A stretch of 56,674 nucleotides of DNA from a virus (Duplodnaviria > Caudoviricetes). Of this stretch, positions 19,949 through 28,131 are shown piece after piece (positions within the stretch are counted from its first letter, which is position 1; every line of letters starts with the position of its first letter). Under the pieces are notes generated by a model. That model was given only the letters and a program-made list of their open reading frames with translations, did not search any database and had not been told where the DNA came from. The stretch lies in IMG/VR virus record IMGVR_UViG_3300037826_000110, positions 1-56,674 of that record; one strand, given 5' to 3'. The translations under genes were made by a program, and so were the position numbers.

Positions 19949-20670
19949 TGCTGTAAGACCTCCAAAAAGCGCGTGCCGTCCATCACGCGACATAACCCGA
20001 CTTTCCTCCGCAGATTGCCTTTGCTGGATTTATACGAAAAGGCACGCTCCCCGATGCCCAGTACCTCGATAGCCCGTGCCCAGTCCCAGGTGGTGCGAAA
20101 GACCAACATCACATAGTCGTAATGCTCGAAGGGTTGCAGTCCCATTTCGGGGATAGTAGCGTCGTCCGCTTCCTCAGCGATGGCCTGCTCCTCCGCGCTC
20201 AGCGCCTCGTACATCAGTTGATCAACCTCGCGCTGCTGGAAAAAGGCCACGATGTCCAGGCCCTCCTCGATATCAGCCGCGATCTGCCCGGCGTCCCAGG
20301 CTAGGTTGAGCTCGGAGGTGCGGTTATCGGCGTAGGCCAGGCTACGCGCTACCCCGCCGTCCTCCTCCAGATCCAGATCCTCACGCTGATGAACGACGAG
20401 GCCGTCGCCAGGCGTGCGCACGACGTAGATGGGCATGCCACCGAGGTCGCGTACCGTCTCCACGGTCTTGTTGCCAGAGACGACGCGCCCCTTGCGATCT
20501 GTCAGCACGGAACGCCCCGGGCCATAGCGGGCCAGGCTTTCACGCAAGGCCCACTGTCCACGACTGGTTCCCAGATTCGCATTGTGCTCATCGGAGTGCA
20601 AGTCGTCTAGCGAGGAGATCTCGGCGATCTCCTCTTCTAACGCTGTGACAAAGTCTTGTTCGTCGCTCAC
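19915..20670 (-). CDS. ParB-like N-terminal-domain protein (terminase-associated)
   Basis: NAN, SL.RYG.GRS, V.SGN.T, AYADNRTSEL..W. Confidence 0.75.
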   Translation of the reverse strand: MSDEQDFVTALEEEIAEISSLDDLHSDEHNANLGTSRGQWALRESLARYGPGRSVLTDRKGRVVSGNKTVETVRDLGGMPIYVVRTPGDGLVVHQREDLDLEEDGGVARSLAYADNRTSELNLAWDAGQIAADIEEGLDIVAFFQQREVDQLMYEALSAEEQAIAEEADDATIPEMGLQPFEHYDYVMLVFRTTWDWARAIEVLGIGERAFSYKSSKGNLRRKVGLCRVMDGTRFLEVLQQCASSSPVDEE

Positions 20671-20686
20671 AATTCAATCCTCCAAC

Positions 20687-20742
20687 AAAAAAGGGGCTGC
20701 CCCCATCGCTGGGAACAGCCCCGGAATCCTGTCTCGCTGGGC
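20687..20742 (-). terminator. Late-leader conserved motif plus intrinsic terminator (copy 2)
   Basis: GCCCAGCGAGA...TTCCGGGGCTGT/GCAGCCCC-TTTTTT. Confidence 0.75.
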
Positions 20743-20752
20743 TTACACCTTT

Positions 20753-20781
20753 AGTGTATCACAATTGATATAGTAAGGCAA
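20753..20781 (-). promoter_or_regulatory. Sigma70-type promoter of the packaging/head operon
   Basis: TTGCCT-17-TACACT with extended TG. Confidence 0.65.
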
Positions 20782-21354
20782 TTATTCCGCCAAGATCTTG
20801 CAGATAGCGACGGCGTCTTCCATGGAAATGCGATCCAGCTCGAGGTTGACCGTCACCTCCTCGGCGGACGTGCCGACTTCATGCGGATAGGCACGGATAC
20901 GATAGCGCCGCGCGTCACCGGGCAGGCTGTAAACACACGGATTATTGGTATCAGCGTGCAGGATTTGGGCGTTCAACATCTTGGCCAATCTATCCAAAGC
21001 CGCGCGCTTGAGCCTGTCACTGCGGCGCTGGCGATAGCGTTGCCGCAAAGCACCCTCCGAGATCTGGTAGTAATCGGGCAGGAAGCGGCGCATAATATCG
21101 CCGGCAATGCTCTCCGGCGCGCGGGTGGCGCTGCAGGTAATGCGCGGGCTTTCCTCCCAGCGATAAAATTCCTGGGGATAGATCCCGTGCACAGCGATGC
21201 GTTTCCGTTTTTCCTGTCTGATGAAAAATCCGACATCTGGATCGTCTAGGTCATCGCGACGCAGAGTGGCGTGATGCTCGTTAGCGTGTTCTGTGCACAC
21301 GCGCCAGCCATCCAGATGCCGCGCTATGGCGGTAGCTAGTTCTGTGATATTCAT
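20782..21354 (-). CDS. Hypothetical protein
   Basis: 190-aa ORF with SD, coupled to upstream ORF. Confidence 0.7.
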   Translation of the reverse strand: MNITELATAIARHLDGWRVCTEHANEHHATLRRDDLDDPDVGFFIRQEKRKRIAVHGIYPQEFYRWEESPRITCSATRAPESIAGDIMRRFLPDYYQISEGALRQRYRQRRSDRLKRAALDRLAKMLNAQILHADTNNPCVYSLPGDARRYRIRAYPHEVGTSAEEVTVNLELDRISMEDAVAICKILAE

Positions 21355-21593
21355 ACGTCACCTCTCCCTGGACGACGGAAACGAAAGACGTTACCGCCAA
21401 ACTTAACCTCCGCGATGCATTGCACGCTATGCGGATGACGATATTTGCAGTCTCGTAGCAAAACATCCGCGAAGCGCAGCATATAGCCCAGACACTCCAC
21501 GGCAAAGGGTTTGTCGCGCAGCCGTTGCCGGATGTCCTGTAAGTCCTCAAATGATACTTGCGCTTTATGATTAAGCGCGTATACTGTAGTCAT
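21351..21593 (-). CDS. Hypothetical protein
   Basis: CACGGAGGT SD before ATG 21593. Confidence 0.6.
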   Translation of the reverse strand: MTTVYALNHKAQVSFEDLQDIRQRLRDKPFAVECLGYMLRFADVLLRDCKYRHPHSVQCIAEVKFGGNVFRFRRPGRGDV

Positions 21594-21621
21594 CTCAATC
21601 ACCTCCGTGGTTGAGTAACAC

Positions 21622-21663
21622 GAGGGGGACGGGCCGCCTTACCCGTACCCCCTCATTTTTTAT
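21622..21663 (+). terminator. Hairpin plus T-tract on the + strand (antisense to local genes)
   Basis: GAGGGG.ACGGG...CCCGTACCCCCTC-ATTTTTT. Confidence 0.55.
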
Positions 21664-22085
21664 TAATGTGTATGCCGTTGATGGTGGCTCAGCGTTTGGC
21701 TATCCACCACCGTATCAATCCCCGCAATCTCAGACTGGTAGATTTTTCCGTAGTGATCCGAGTGCGGCAATCCCGACCGGATCAGGAATATGCAATGATA
21801 CCGCACGCCCCCCCCCGGAAATACCGGCGTCCCTCCACTGATAATGATGGCCTTCGGAAAGAAATTGCCGTCAATCCGATGCAGACCGCGCTTGATCCAC
21901 ACCACCACAAATCGATCCTCTGCCGGTTTCAGTTTATCCGGCGTCACCGCGCACGCCTCAAATTTCATTTGCCGTGCGGATGTCTGACGGTTGATGCGCA
22001 GCACACCGTCACAACCCCGCTGCGGCGTGTTGCTAAACAGCGGTAACCCCTCGCCTTGCTCAAACATATAACCCTGCTTCTTCAT
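21663..22085 (-). CDS. Hypothetical protein
   Basis: CACGGAGGT SD, 140 aa. Confidence 0.55.
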   Translation of the reverse strand: MKKQGYMFEQGEGLPLFSNTPQRGCDGVLRINRQTSARQMKFEACAVTPDKLKPAEDRFVVVWIKRGLHRIDGNFFPKAIIISGGTPVFPGGGVRYHCIFLIRSGLPHSDHYGKIYQSEIAGIDTVVDSQTLSHHQRHTH

Positions 22086-22107
22086 CTTCTCACCTCCGTG
22101 ATATCCA

Positions 22108-22719
22108 TTAAAACATCTGTAACTGTGTTTCCGCGTTGCCGGTTGGTTGCTCCTGCCGGCGTCGCTCCCACTCCGGGGCGTCGTCTTTGCCCTGTAACCA
22201 CAACTCTTGCGCTTCCTCTGCGTAGGGATCAGTGACGTTGCCTTGCGGATCCAGACGGCAGCCTTCGTCTAACCAATACTGCACATCGCGCCCCATCGCC
22301 CGACCGCGACCCGTGTGATTGTCCAGGGCGTGATCCGGGATGTCGTGGCGCTCGTCCATAAATTCCTGCGTGACCGCACGCTGAAAGTGATCGGCGACCC
22401 TCGACTTGGGTGCCCGACTCATTAGGAGCAGGGCGTTGCCCAAGATCAGACGGCAAGTGCCATCTTTGCCGTGCGATCGAAAAAAGAAGTACTGCGCACG
22501 CAGGGCCGGAATCGTGCTTAGCAACTCCGGACTGGCGATACCAATATCCTCGTTGACGATCACCAACAGACGCCGCCATAGGTATTGTTCGTAGCGTGGA
22601 ATCAGCTCCAGTGCCCAGTACATCGCCGAGCGTTCGTCTCCCCGACGAATCTCCTTCTGGATCGCCGAGATGACCTCCAATAGTGGATGGTTGTGCTGTG
22701 TATAGGCTCTAAATCCCAT
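22108..22719 (-). CDS. RarA/MgsA C-terminal-like protein lacking the AAA+ domain
   Basis: ISA.QK.IRRGD...A.YW...WRRL.VI..EDIG.A...KSR; no Walker A. Confidence 0.75.
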   Translation of the reverse strand: MGFRAYTQHNHPLLEVISAIQKEIRRGDERSAMYWALELIPRYEQYLWRRLLVIVNEDIGIASPELLSTIPALRAQYFFFRSHGKDGTCRLILGNALLLMSRAPKSRVADHFQRAVTQEFMDERHDIPDHALDNHTGRGRAMGRDVQYWLDEGCRLDPQGNVTDPYAEEAQELWLQGKDDAPEWERRRQEQPTGNAETQLQMF

Positions 22720-22760
22720 CGTTTCTTACCTCCTCTACCTCCGTAGTTTTTATATGACCT

Positions 22761-22825
22761 GCCTTATCAATGATCGGATGGTCAATCCCGATCAGACGCC
22801 CGGCCTAGAGGCCAGGCGTTTCGGC
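22761..22825 (-). ncRNA. Type II hammerhead ribozyme 1 (U3-A8 variant)
   Basis: GCC GAAA CGCC..GGCG UC^ UGAUCGGG-loop-UCCGAUCA UUGAUAA GGC; loop UGACC pairs with 3' GGUCA. Confidence 0.9.
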
Positions 22826-23538
22826 TATGTCTCGAACCCCTTTCCCTGCTCGCGCAGGCTAATGTAACGGTTGTGGCCGATGACCATGTGATCCAGGACA
22901 TCCAGCTCCATCAGTTTCCCGACCTCCACTAATCTGCGGGTTAGCATAATGTCCTCCGGCGAGGGGTTAGGATCGCCAGAGGGATGATTGTGCGCGACGA
23001 TGATCGAAGCGCAGTTACGGCGAATCGCCCCCCGAAAAACCTCCGCTGTGCGGACCAGGGAAGTGTTGAGGCTCCCCTTATAGAGGATTTCCTTGTCGAT
23101 TACGCGATTGCGCGTGTCCAGATATAGGACCGCGAAGTTCTCTTGCTCGGCATCCCCGATGTAGGGAGTGAGGATGTGCGAGGCATCCGAAGGAGACCGG
23201 ATCTGTTCACGATCCGGCCCGGATTCCAAGGTCATGCGCACGCCCAGTTCCAGGGCCGCCATAAGGCGCGCGGCTTGTGAGGGACCAATGCCGTCGATGG
23301 CCGTCAATTGACTCTCCTCCGCCCGGCGCAAACCGTGCAACGATCCAAACTTAGCGACTAACTGATTGGCAATACTCAGGGCCTCGCCCCCCTGTACAAT
23401 TGCCGCTAGTAATTCCACCAAGTTCACGTACCGCACGCCTACCTCACGCACGCGGTTTACCGGTTTCTCGGACTCCGGTAAGTCGTCCACGCGCAATCCA
23501 GGCGGGGTATGTTGCAACATGCTCATTTGTGCTACCAT
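22825..23538 (-). CDS. radC: RadC family protein (HhH plus JAB/MPN domain)
   Basis: GIGP..A..L.AALELG; EQENF.VL.LD.RN; AHNHPSGDP.PS.ED; VLDH. Confidence 0.92.
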   Translation of the reverse strand: MVAQMSMLQHTPPGLRVDDLPESEKPVNRVREVGVRYVNLVELLAAIVQGGEALSIANQLVAKFGSLHGLRRAEESQLTAIDGIGPSQAARLMAALELGVRMTLESGPDREQIRSPSDASHILTPYIGDAEQENFAVLYLDTRNRVIDKEILYKGSLNTSLVRTAEVFRGAIRRNCASIIVAHNHPSGDPNPSPEDIMLTRRLVEVGKLMELDVLDHMVIGHNRYISLREQGKGFET

Positions 23539-23569
23539 TCTCTTACACCTCCGTGGTTTTGTATGACCT

Positions 23570-23631
23570 GCCTTATCAATGACCGGGTGGTCAATCCCGG
23601 CCAGACGCCGAGGTTATCTCGGCGTTTCGGC
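23570..23631 (-). ncRNA. Type II hammerhead ribozyme 2
   Basis: GCC GAAA CGCCGAG/CUCGGCG UC^ UGGCCGGG/CCCGGUCA UUGAUAA GGC AGGUCA. Confidence 0.9.
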
Positions 23632-23805
23632 TAATCTCTCAATGGCCTCCCAGGGAGAATAGCGATTTCGGAAATACCATTCCAAATCACGCTCCAAAAC
23701 CTCCACCCCCCAGTGCTCGGCGATATTCAGCGCCTCGCGCATGTAATCCCAACGTTTTTCATAATATCCCGCCAGGCAGCGGTAATTAAACCAATCCCTA
23801 TACAT
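23614..23805 (-). CDS. Hypothetical 63-aa protein
   Basis: GGAGGG SD; stop codon lies in loop III of ribozyme 2. Confidence 0.6.
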   Translation of the reverse strand: MYRDWFNYRCLAGYYEKRWDYMREALNIAEHWGVEVLERDLEWYFRNRYSPWEAIERLAETPR

Positions 23806-23815
23806 TCACACCCTC

Positions 23816-24715
23816 CTACTGATAGGGGCACTCGCCCGGGATCAGGGGGCTAGGACCATTGGGGAAGGACACGATCTTGTGCTGCAATAGTCCGCGATAG
23901 ATCGTCCCCGCTATCCTTGCGGCCTCATCTTCGCCCGCGTCCACCAGATCCTTGATGTAGCGCTCCATCGCGCTGGCTACCGAGCGGGCCTTGCGCATCG
24001 AAGGAAGCTCGTCATCCACCGGAATCACCCGGTCCGGTCGCGCTTCCTCCTCCGCAGCGCGCACATCCTGGACCTTGGTCATAAAGGTGGCCATATCGAA
24101 CATCGCTTCCTGCGCCTGCTCTTCCAACAATCTCGCGCAGAGCTTGCGAAACTCTTTCAGGCGCGGGGTATCCACCTCCGCCAGATAACGCAGAGCAATG
24201 CGCTGCCGATTGGTATCCAGGTCGCGAAGCGCATACGCATATTTGATGCCCATCTGCCCGTCTTTGACTAATTTCTGAGCCTCGGGCACCGTATCCAAAA
24301 GCGCCAGTCGCAAGCGCACCCGCTGAGGACTCACGTTCGCAATCTTGGCGACCTGTTTGGCGTCCCAGCCAAATTTCTCCATCCGTTTTTGGTAGGCGCG
24401 CGCTTCCTCAATCGGATTCAGTTCGTTGCGTTGCACATTCTCCAAAAGCATGACGGAAGAGGCTTGCTGATCCGAAAGCGTGCGCACCAAGGCCGGAATG
24501 GTCTCGCGCTCCAGGAGGCCAAAGGCCCGCCAACGCCGTTCACCGGCTACCACCTGAAAGCGCTCCCCCACCGGTCGCAAGGTGATGGGCTGCGCGAGGC
24601 CGTGCTGCTTGATGCTGGCCGCCAGTTCCTGCAGGCTCTCTGTATCAAAGTCCTGGCGATCATTATCGCCGGGGTCAATTAGGACCATCCGTATATCCTG
24701 TATCTGCTCTTGCAT
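23816..24715 (-). CDS. ParB/RepB/Spo0J family protein
   Basis: ELAASIK.HG..QPI, VAGERRWRA, ENVQR.ELNPIEEA; start reassigned to ATG 24715 (GGAGGT SD). Confidence 0.9.
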   Translation of the reverse strand: MQEQIQDIRMVLIDPGDNDRQDFDTESLQELAASIKQHGLAQPITLRPVGERFQVVAGERRWRAFGLLERETIPALVRTLSDQQASSVMLLENVQRNELNPIEEARAYQKRMEKFGWDAKQVAKIANVSPQRVRLRLALLDTVPEAQKLVKDGQMGIKYAYALRDLDTNRQRIALRYLAEVDTPRLKEFRKLCARLLEEQAQEAMFDMATFMTKVQDVRAAEEEARPDRVIPVDDELPSMRKARSVASAMERYIKDLVDAGEDEAARIAGTIYRGLLQHKIVSFPNGPSPLIPGECPYQ

Positions 24716-24743
24716 TCTCTCACACCTCCGTGGTTTATGATCT

Positions 24744-24804
24744 GCCTTATCAATAATCGGGCGATCAATCCCGATTAGACGCCGGGGACTCCCGGCGTTT
24801 CGGC
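24744..24804 (-). ncRNA. Type II hammerhead ribozyme 3
   Basis: GCC GAAA CGCCGGG/CCCGGCG UC^ UAAUCGGG/CCCGAUUA UUGAUAA GGC; pseudoknot covaries to UGAUC/GAUCA. Confidence 0.92.
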
Positions 24805-24968
24805 TATAACTCATGGCGTTGCGCACGTCCAAAAGCGCGCAATTCGTAGTATCCGATCACACATCCGCCCACCTCGATAGTGAAACGCTGCGCATCGCAA
24901 TACCACGCATAATCCTCAGCATCACGCACATCCTCAAAATACACGCCTTCCACATTATACAATTCCAT
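24804..24968 (-). CDS. Hypothetical 54-aa acidic protein between two ribozymes
   Basis: MELYNVEGVYFEDVRDAEDYAWYC...; GGAGGT SD; not in ORF track. Confidence 0.65.
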   Translation of the reverse strand: MELYNVEGVYFEDVRDAEDYAWYCDAQRFTIEVGGCVIGYYELRAFGRAQRHEL

Positions 24969-24996
24969 TCTTACACCTCCGTGGTTTATGTGACCT

Positions 24997-25059
24997 GCCT
25001 TATCAATAGTCAGGTGGTCAATCCTGACTAGACACTGGAAATAACCCCAGTGTTTCGAC
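24997..25059 (-). ncRNA. Type II hammerhead ribozyme 4
   Basis: GUC GAAA CACUGG/CCAGUG UC^ UAGUCAGG/CCUGACUA UUGAUAA GGC AGGUCA. Confidence 0.88.
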
Positions 25060-25092
25060 TCTGTTAAGTTTCCTACATCGGAATCAGAAGTT

Positions 25093-25325
25093 AAAAAAAA
25101 TACTACGGTTTTGATATGGACGGGTATGGTCTTTCGCTATCGAATAGTATCGTAATCCTCGCCGGTACCACACTACCGTTGCTATTTCCCACAACTGCTC
25201 CCCCGCGTTGGGAATGGGATAATTCCTCCTCCGTTCCGTCAGTCACCCAGGTTCTCTGGGCGCTTGCGCGCGTGATCGTTCCTGAATCACTGACCGGGAT
25301 TCGGGTACCCCCCATCCCCCCGTTT
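25093..25325 (-). ncRNA. Candidate structured ncRNA of unknown family
   Basis: Nested helices seen by eye, a GCAA tetraloop hairpin and a terminal U8 tract. Confidence 0.5.
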
Positions 25326-25457
25326 TGAGTTTCCGTTATGTTAAGGTTCGTTTCATCTTTGTATATATAGTATAACGCATGCAAGCGGTTTTGTATATAG
25401 GAAATTAGTACTACGCATAAAATGTAATACATGACTAAACATGAAAACTTATCTTGC

Positions 25458-25490
25458 AAAGAAATAGGCCCATCCGTAAGGACGGGCCTA
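25458..25490 (-). terminator. Intrinsic terminator of the lysis operon
   Basis: TAGGCCCGTCC-TTAC-GGATGGGCCTA-TTTCTTT. Confidence 0.75.
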
Positions 25491-25511
25491 TAGAAGGAGG
25501 GGGTGGGGAAG

Positions 25512-25892
25512 TTAGGCGGACGCTTCCCGCACCTCCACCGCATGATCGCTGATTTTCTCGATGGTCACCCCGGCCACGGCGAAGGGACCGCGCGCTGCGG
25601 AGACCACGACGTCCAGAATATCCGGCCCCATCTCGGCCAAAACGTTGAGGTAATGCTGTAAACGCGAGGGACTCGGGCGCTCCTGATCAAGTTCCACCTG
25701 CAGCGCATCGACGGTATCGCGGGCTGCCAAGCGATCCACATCATCCAAGTCACTCTGATTGAGTGCGATAATTACCTCGTCACGCCAGGCCGCATTACTG
25801 CGCTGGGCTGGGTGGGTGATTTTATCGCGTCCCACCACGTCACCGCCGATATCGACCTCCCCACCAATATCGCCAAACGTTACACCGCTCAT
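25512..25892 (-). CDS. Hypothetical protein with N-terminal GGDVVGRDK motif and helical domain
   Basis: 126 aa, coupled start. Confidence 0.7.
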   Translation of the reverse strand: MSGVTFGDIGGEVDIGGDVVGRDKITHPAQRSNAAWRDEVIIALNQSDLDDVDRLAARDTVDALQVELDQERPSPSRLQHYLNVLAEMGPDILDVVVSAARGPFAVAGVTIEKISDHAVEVREASA

Positions 25893-26356
25893 AGCTCATC
25901 CTCCAAGTCTATGTCTATCTCGCGTAAAATCGCAAACACGCGCTTGAGCGTGCCGAACTCAAACGCCATATCATCTATGTTTTGCCGAATCCACTCCGTA
26001 GCATCCCACGAACCGGTATAGGCTCGTGAAGCCCCCAGCCAGTCGGCGATCATCTCGCGGATGTAGATTTCCGGCATAGGTAGCACTTCGTTTTCGCGAT
26101 TGCGCAGGACCCAATACTGATGATGGTGCTTATTGTGGTTCTGGTGGTGGAGCCAAGCGTTCAGGTAATCGAAATCTGGCTCCCCGCGTCGTTCGCCGCA
26201 GTACAGCCTAGCGTAGGGGGCAAACTCACAAGGTAAAAATTTGGAGAGATCGTGCGTAATCCGCAACCACAGCCCGATGCGCACCCTACGCCCGGCCAGA
26301 AACACAAACCACTTATGGCGCAGCACACGCCAAAAATATCGCCAATACACGCTCAC
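25889..26356 (-). CDS. HD-like (DUF5662-like) protein
   Basis: HK..V, HDLSKF..EF, HH..HNKHH..YW, MP..Y..EMIADW. Confidence 0.75.
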   Translation of the reverse strand: MSVYWRYFWRVLRHKWFVFLAGRRVRIGLWLRITHDLSKFLPCEFAPYARLYCGERRGEPDFDYLNAWLHHQNHNKHHHQYWVLRNRENEVLPMPEIYIREMIADWLGASRAYTGSWDATEWIRQNIDDMAFEFGTLKRVFAILREIDIDLEDEL

Positions 26357-26730
26357 GTCTTATCCCTCCCCACTACATCACCATCCACGTTTACATCCCG
26401 CCCAGAGTTCAAGCGGGTCCCCACCAATACGTCCGTGTTGACGCGCGGGCCGCCACCGATGACCCGTAACAAATCTGCCAACCGCTGCGCTTCCGCTTCC
26501 CCGCTGCTCATCACGCGGGGTATAATGATGCGTTGAATTTCCAGTAGCGCGTCGATCTTCCGCTCGATACCCTGCAAGCATAAAAACATCTCCTGCTCGG
26601 CCTCCAGGCGTTGACGCTCGATTTCGGCACGCATTGCCTCGGCGTGCGCTTTTTGCTCTGTGGCCAGGATGAGTCGATCTATTTGCCGTGAAGCAACTTG
26701 GGGGCCATCAGTACGCTCATCGTTGCTCAT
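26353..26730 (-). CDS. Coiled-coil protein with C-terminal GDVVGRDK motif
   Basis: 125 aa, coupled. Confidence 0.65.
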   Translation of the reverse strand: MSNDERTDGPQVASRQIDRLILATEQKAHAEAMRAEIERQRLEAEQEMFLCLQGIERKIDALLEIQRIIIPRVMSSGEAEAQRLADLLRVIGGGPRVNTDVLVGTRLNSGRDVNVDGDVVGRDKT

Positions 26731-27469
26731 GTCTCAGCGATTCCAGCGTGTGGTTTGCTGATTCCTGGAGGTCCAGCGCTACGATATGCAGCGCTTGCCG
26801 GTAAGCAACGTACACATCGCGATACTCCTGCACCGCCTCGTCGCGCTCCACCTGCAACCTCCGCACGTGCACGTTCAGGATAGCCAACCCGTGCAGAAGC
26901 CGCGCAAAAGCAGCCACGGTCCGCGACCACGCGCAGGTATACGGTAACCCCCACGCCCCATCCACGACGATCCAGGCGATCAGAGATAAAGCGTACACCA
27001 AACGCAGATTACGCGGAGTCCAGTAATCCGAAGTCCACAACATATGTGCTAGGTAGATGTACGCGACCATCCCCGGTAGTGAACCGACCACAAACAACGC
27101 AAAAGACTCGGCCACCAAACCGCTCAGCATCGCTACCCGCCCCAACGAAATCGCCCAGACCCAGTAGGGATTGAGCGGTATATTACGAAAGCTGTACGCA
27201 GCGGCAATAATCAACAGTGGCCCCAAGGTATCCCAAGTGCATAGGATAATTACGGGCGTCTTGTGGTTTGTAATACCCTTAACGGCCATCCCGATCATGG
27301 TAATCGCGGCCAACACGTCCGCGACCTCGAAGGTTCCTAGATAGGCTAGATATTTGTGGTTGCTGATGGAGTAATAATACAGCGACCACAGGATAATGGC
27401 GAAAACCAGCGAGATCCCGGCACTGATCAGCGCCGGATAAAACCACGCACCGGGGCACCAAACATCCAT
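26717..27469 (-). CDS. Multi-pass membrane protein (about 7 TM)
   Basis: Repeated hydrophobic segments and a C-terminal coiled coil. Confidence 0.7.
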   Translation of the reverse strand: MDVWCPGAWFYPALISAGISLVFAIILWSLYYYSISNHKYLAYLGTFEVADVLAAITMIGMAVKGITNHKTPVIILCTWDTLGPLLIIAAAYSFRNIPLNPYWVWAISLGRVAMLSGLVAESFALFVVGSLPGMVAYIYLAHMLWTSDYWTPRNLRLVYALSLIAWIVVDGAWGLPYTCAWSRTVAAFARLLHGLAILNVHVRRLQVERDEAVQEYRDVYVAYRQALHIVALDLQESANHTLESLRHEQR

Positions 27470-28131
27470 TATTCTCCGTCGAAGCGAGTTACGCGCGTCA
27501 ACAGATCGGCATCCACGCCGTGAACGGCGTAAAACCCAGACGGCTGGCGAAAGTCAAAACGCCGGTCCCCGCCAAAGGTCCACGGTGCCGGCACTTCCCC
27601 CACGCAGATCTGCTCATGCAGATGCGCAGCGTACATCCCGTGATTATTGCCAATGGTCCCCACCACGTCACCGGCCTGCACGATATCGCCAGGCTTGACA
27701 TAGATCTCGTCCAAGTGCGCGCCCATCCACGTGACCAGCTCTCCCTCCGGTGTGCGTCCCAGGATGCGCAGGATCAGCCCCCAATTGCCGCCATAGTCGG
27801 CGGCGTTGATGACAATACCCGCGAAAGGCGCAACCAAGGGTTCGCCCAGGTCGGAATCGCCTCCGCTCTCCAGGTTCCAGTCCTCGCAGCGGTCGGGGTG
27901 ATGATTGTAGGGGCCATAGCGACGACTAGCTTCGTACCACGCTTTGTCGAGATTGAGGAGCGGTAACACAAAACGCTCGGCGAAGGGGATGCCGTCGGCC
28001 CCCATGGTGATGGTTACCGGGCCGATGCATAAATGCGGCTCGCCGTCGCCGGGCAAAGGGACGACGACGCTATCGCCAGGTCCTACACGCACGGGCCTAG
28101 CCGTGGAATCATAGTCCCCCATCGTCGTCAC
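27469..28131 (-). CDS. Endolysin, M23 peptidase family
   Basis: H...D, P.VAP..G.V, WG..L.I, AHLD...V..GD.V..G..IG.IG, HLH. Confidence 0.85.
   Translation of the reverse strand: MTTMGDYDSTARPVRVGPGDSVVVPLPGDGEPHLCIGPVTITMGADGIPFAERFVLPLLNLDKAWYEASRRYGPYNHHPDRCEDWNLESGGDSDLGEPLVAPFAGIVINAADYGGNWGLILRILGRTPEGELVTWMGAHLDEIYVKPGDIVQAGDVVGTIGNNHGMYAAHLHEQICVGEVPAPWTFGGDRRFDFRQPSGFYAVHGVDADLLTRVTRFDGE

Noticed and set aside
24716-24832. 39-aa N-terminal extension of ParB in the ORF track
   Set aside because: It runs through ribozyme 3; the SD-supported ATG is at 24715
22735-25059. Four intergenic repeats as a CRISPR array or integron attC sites
   Set aside because: Intervals are whole genes, the repeats covary as an RNA fold with a hammerhead core, and no cas or integron integrase is present
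25103-25543. 146-aa minus-strand ORF
   Set aside because: It crosses a terminator, AT-rich promoter-like DNA and the structured RNA, and has no convincing SD or protein-like features
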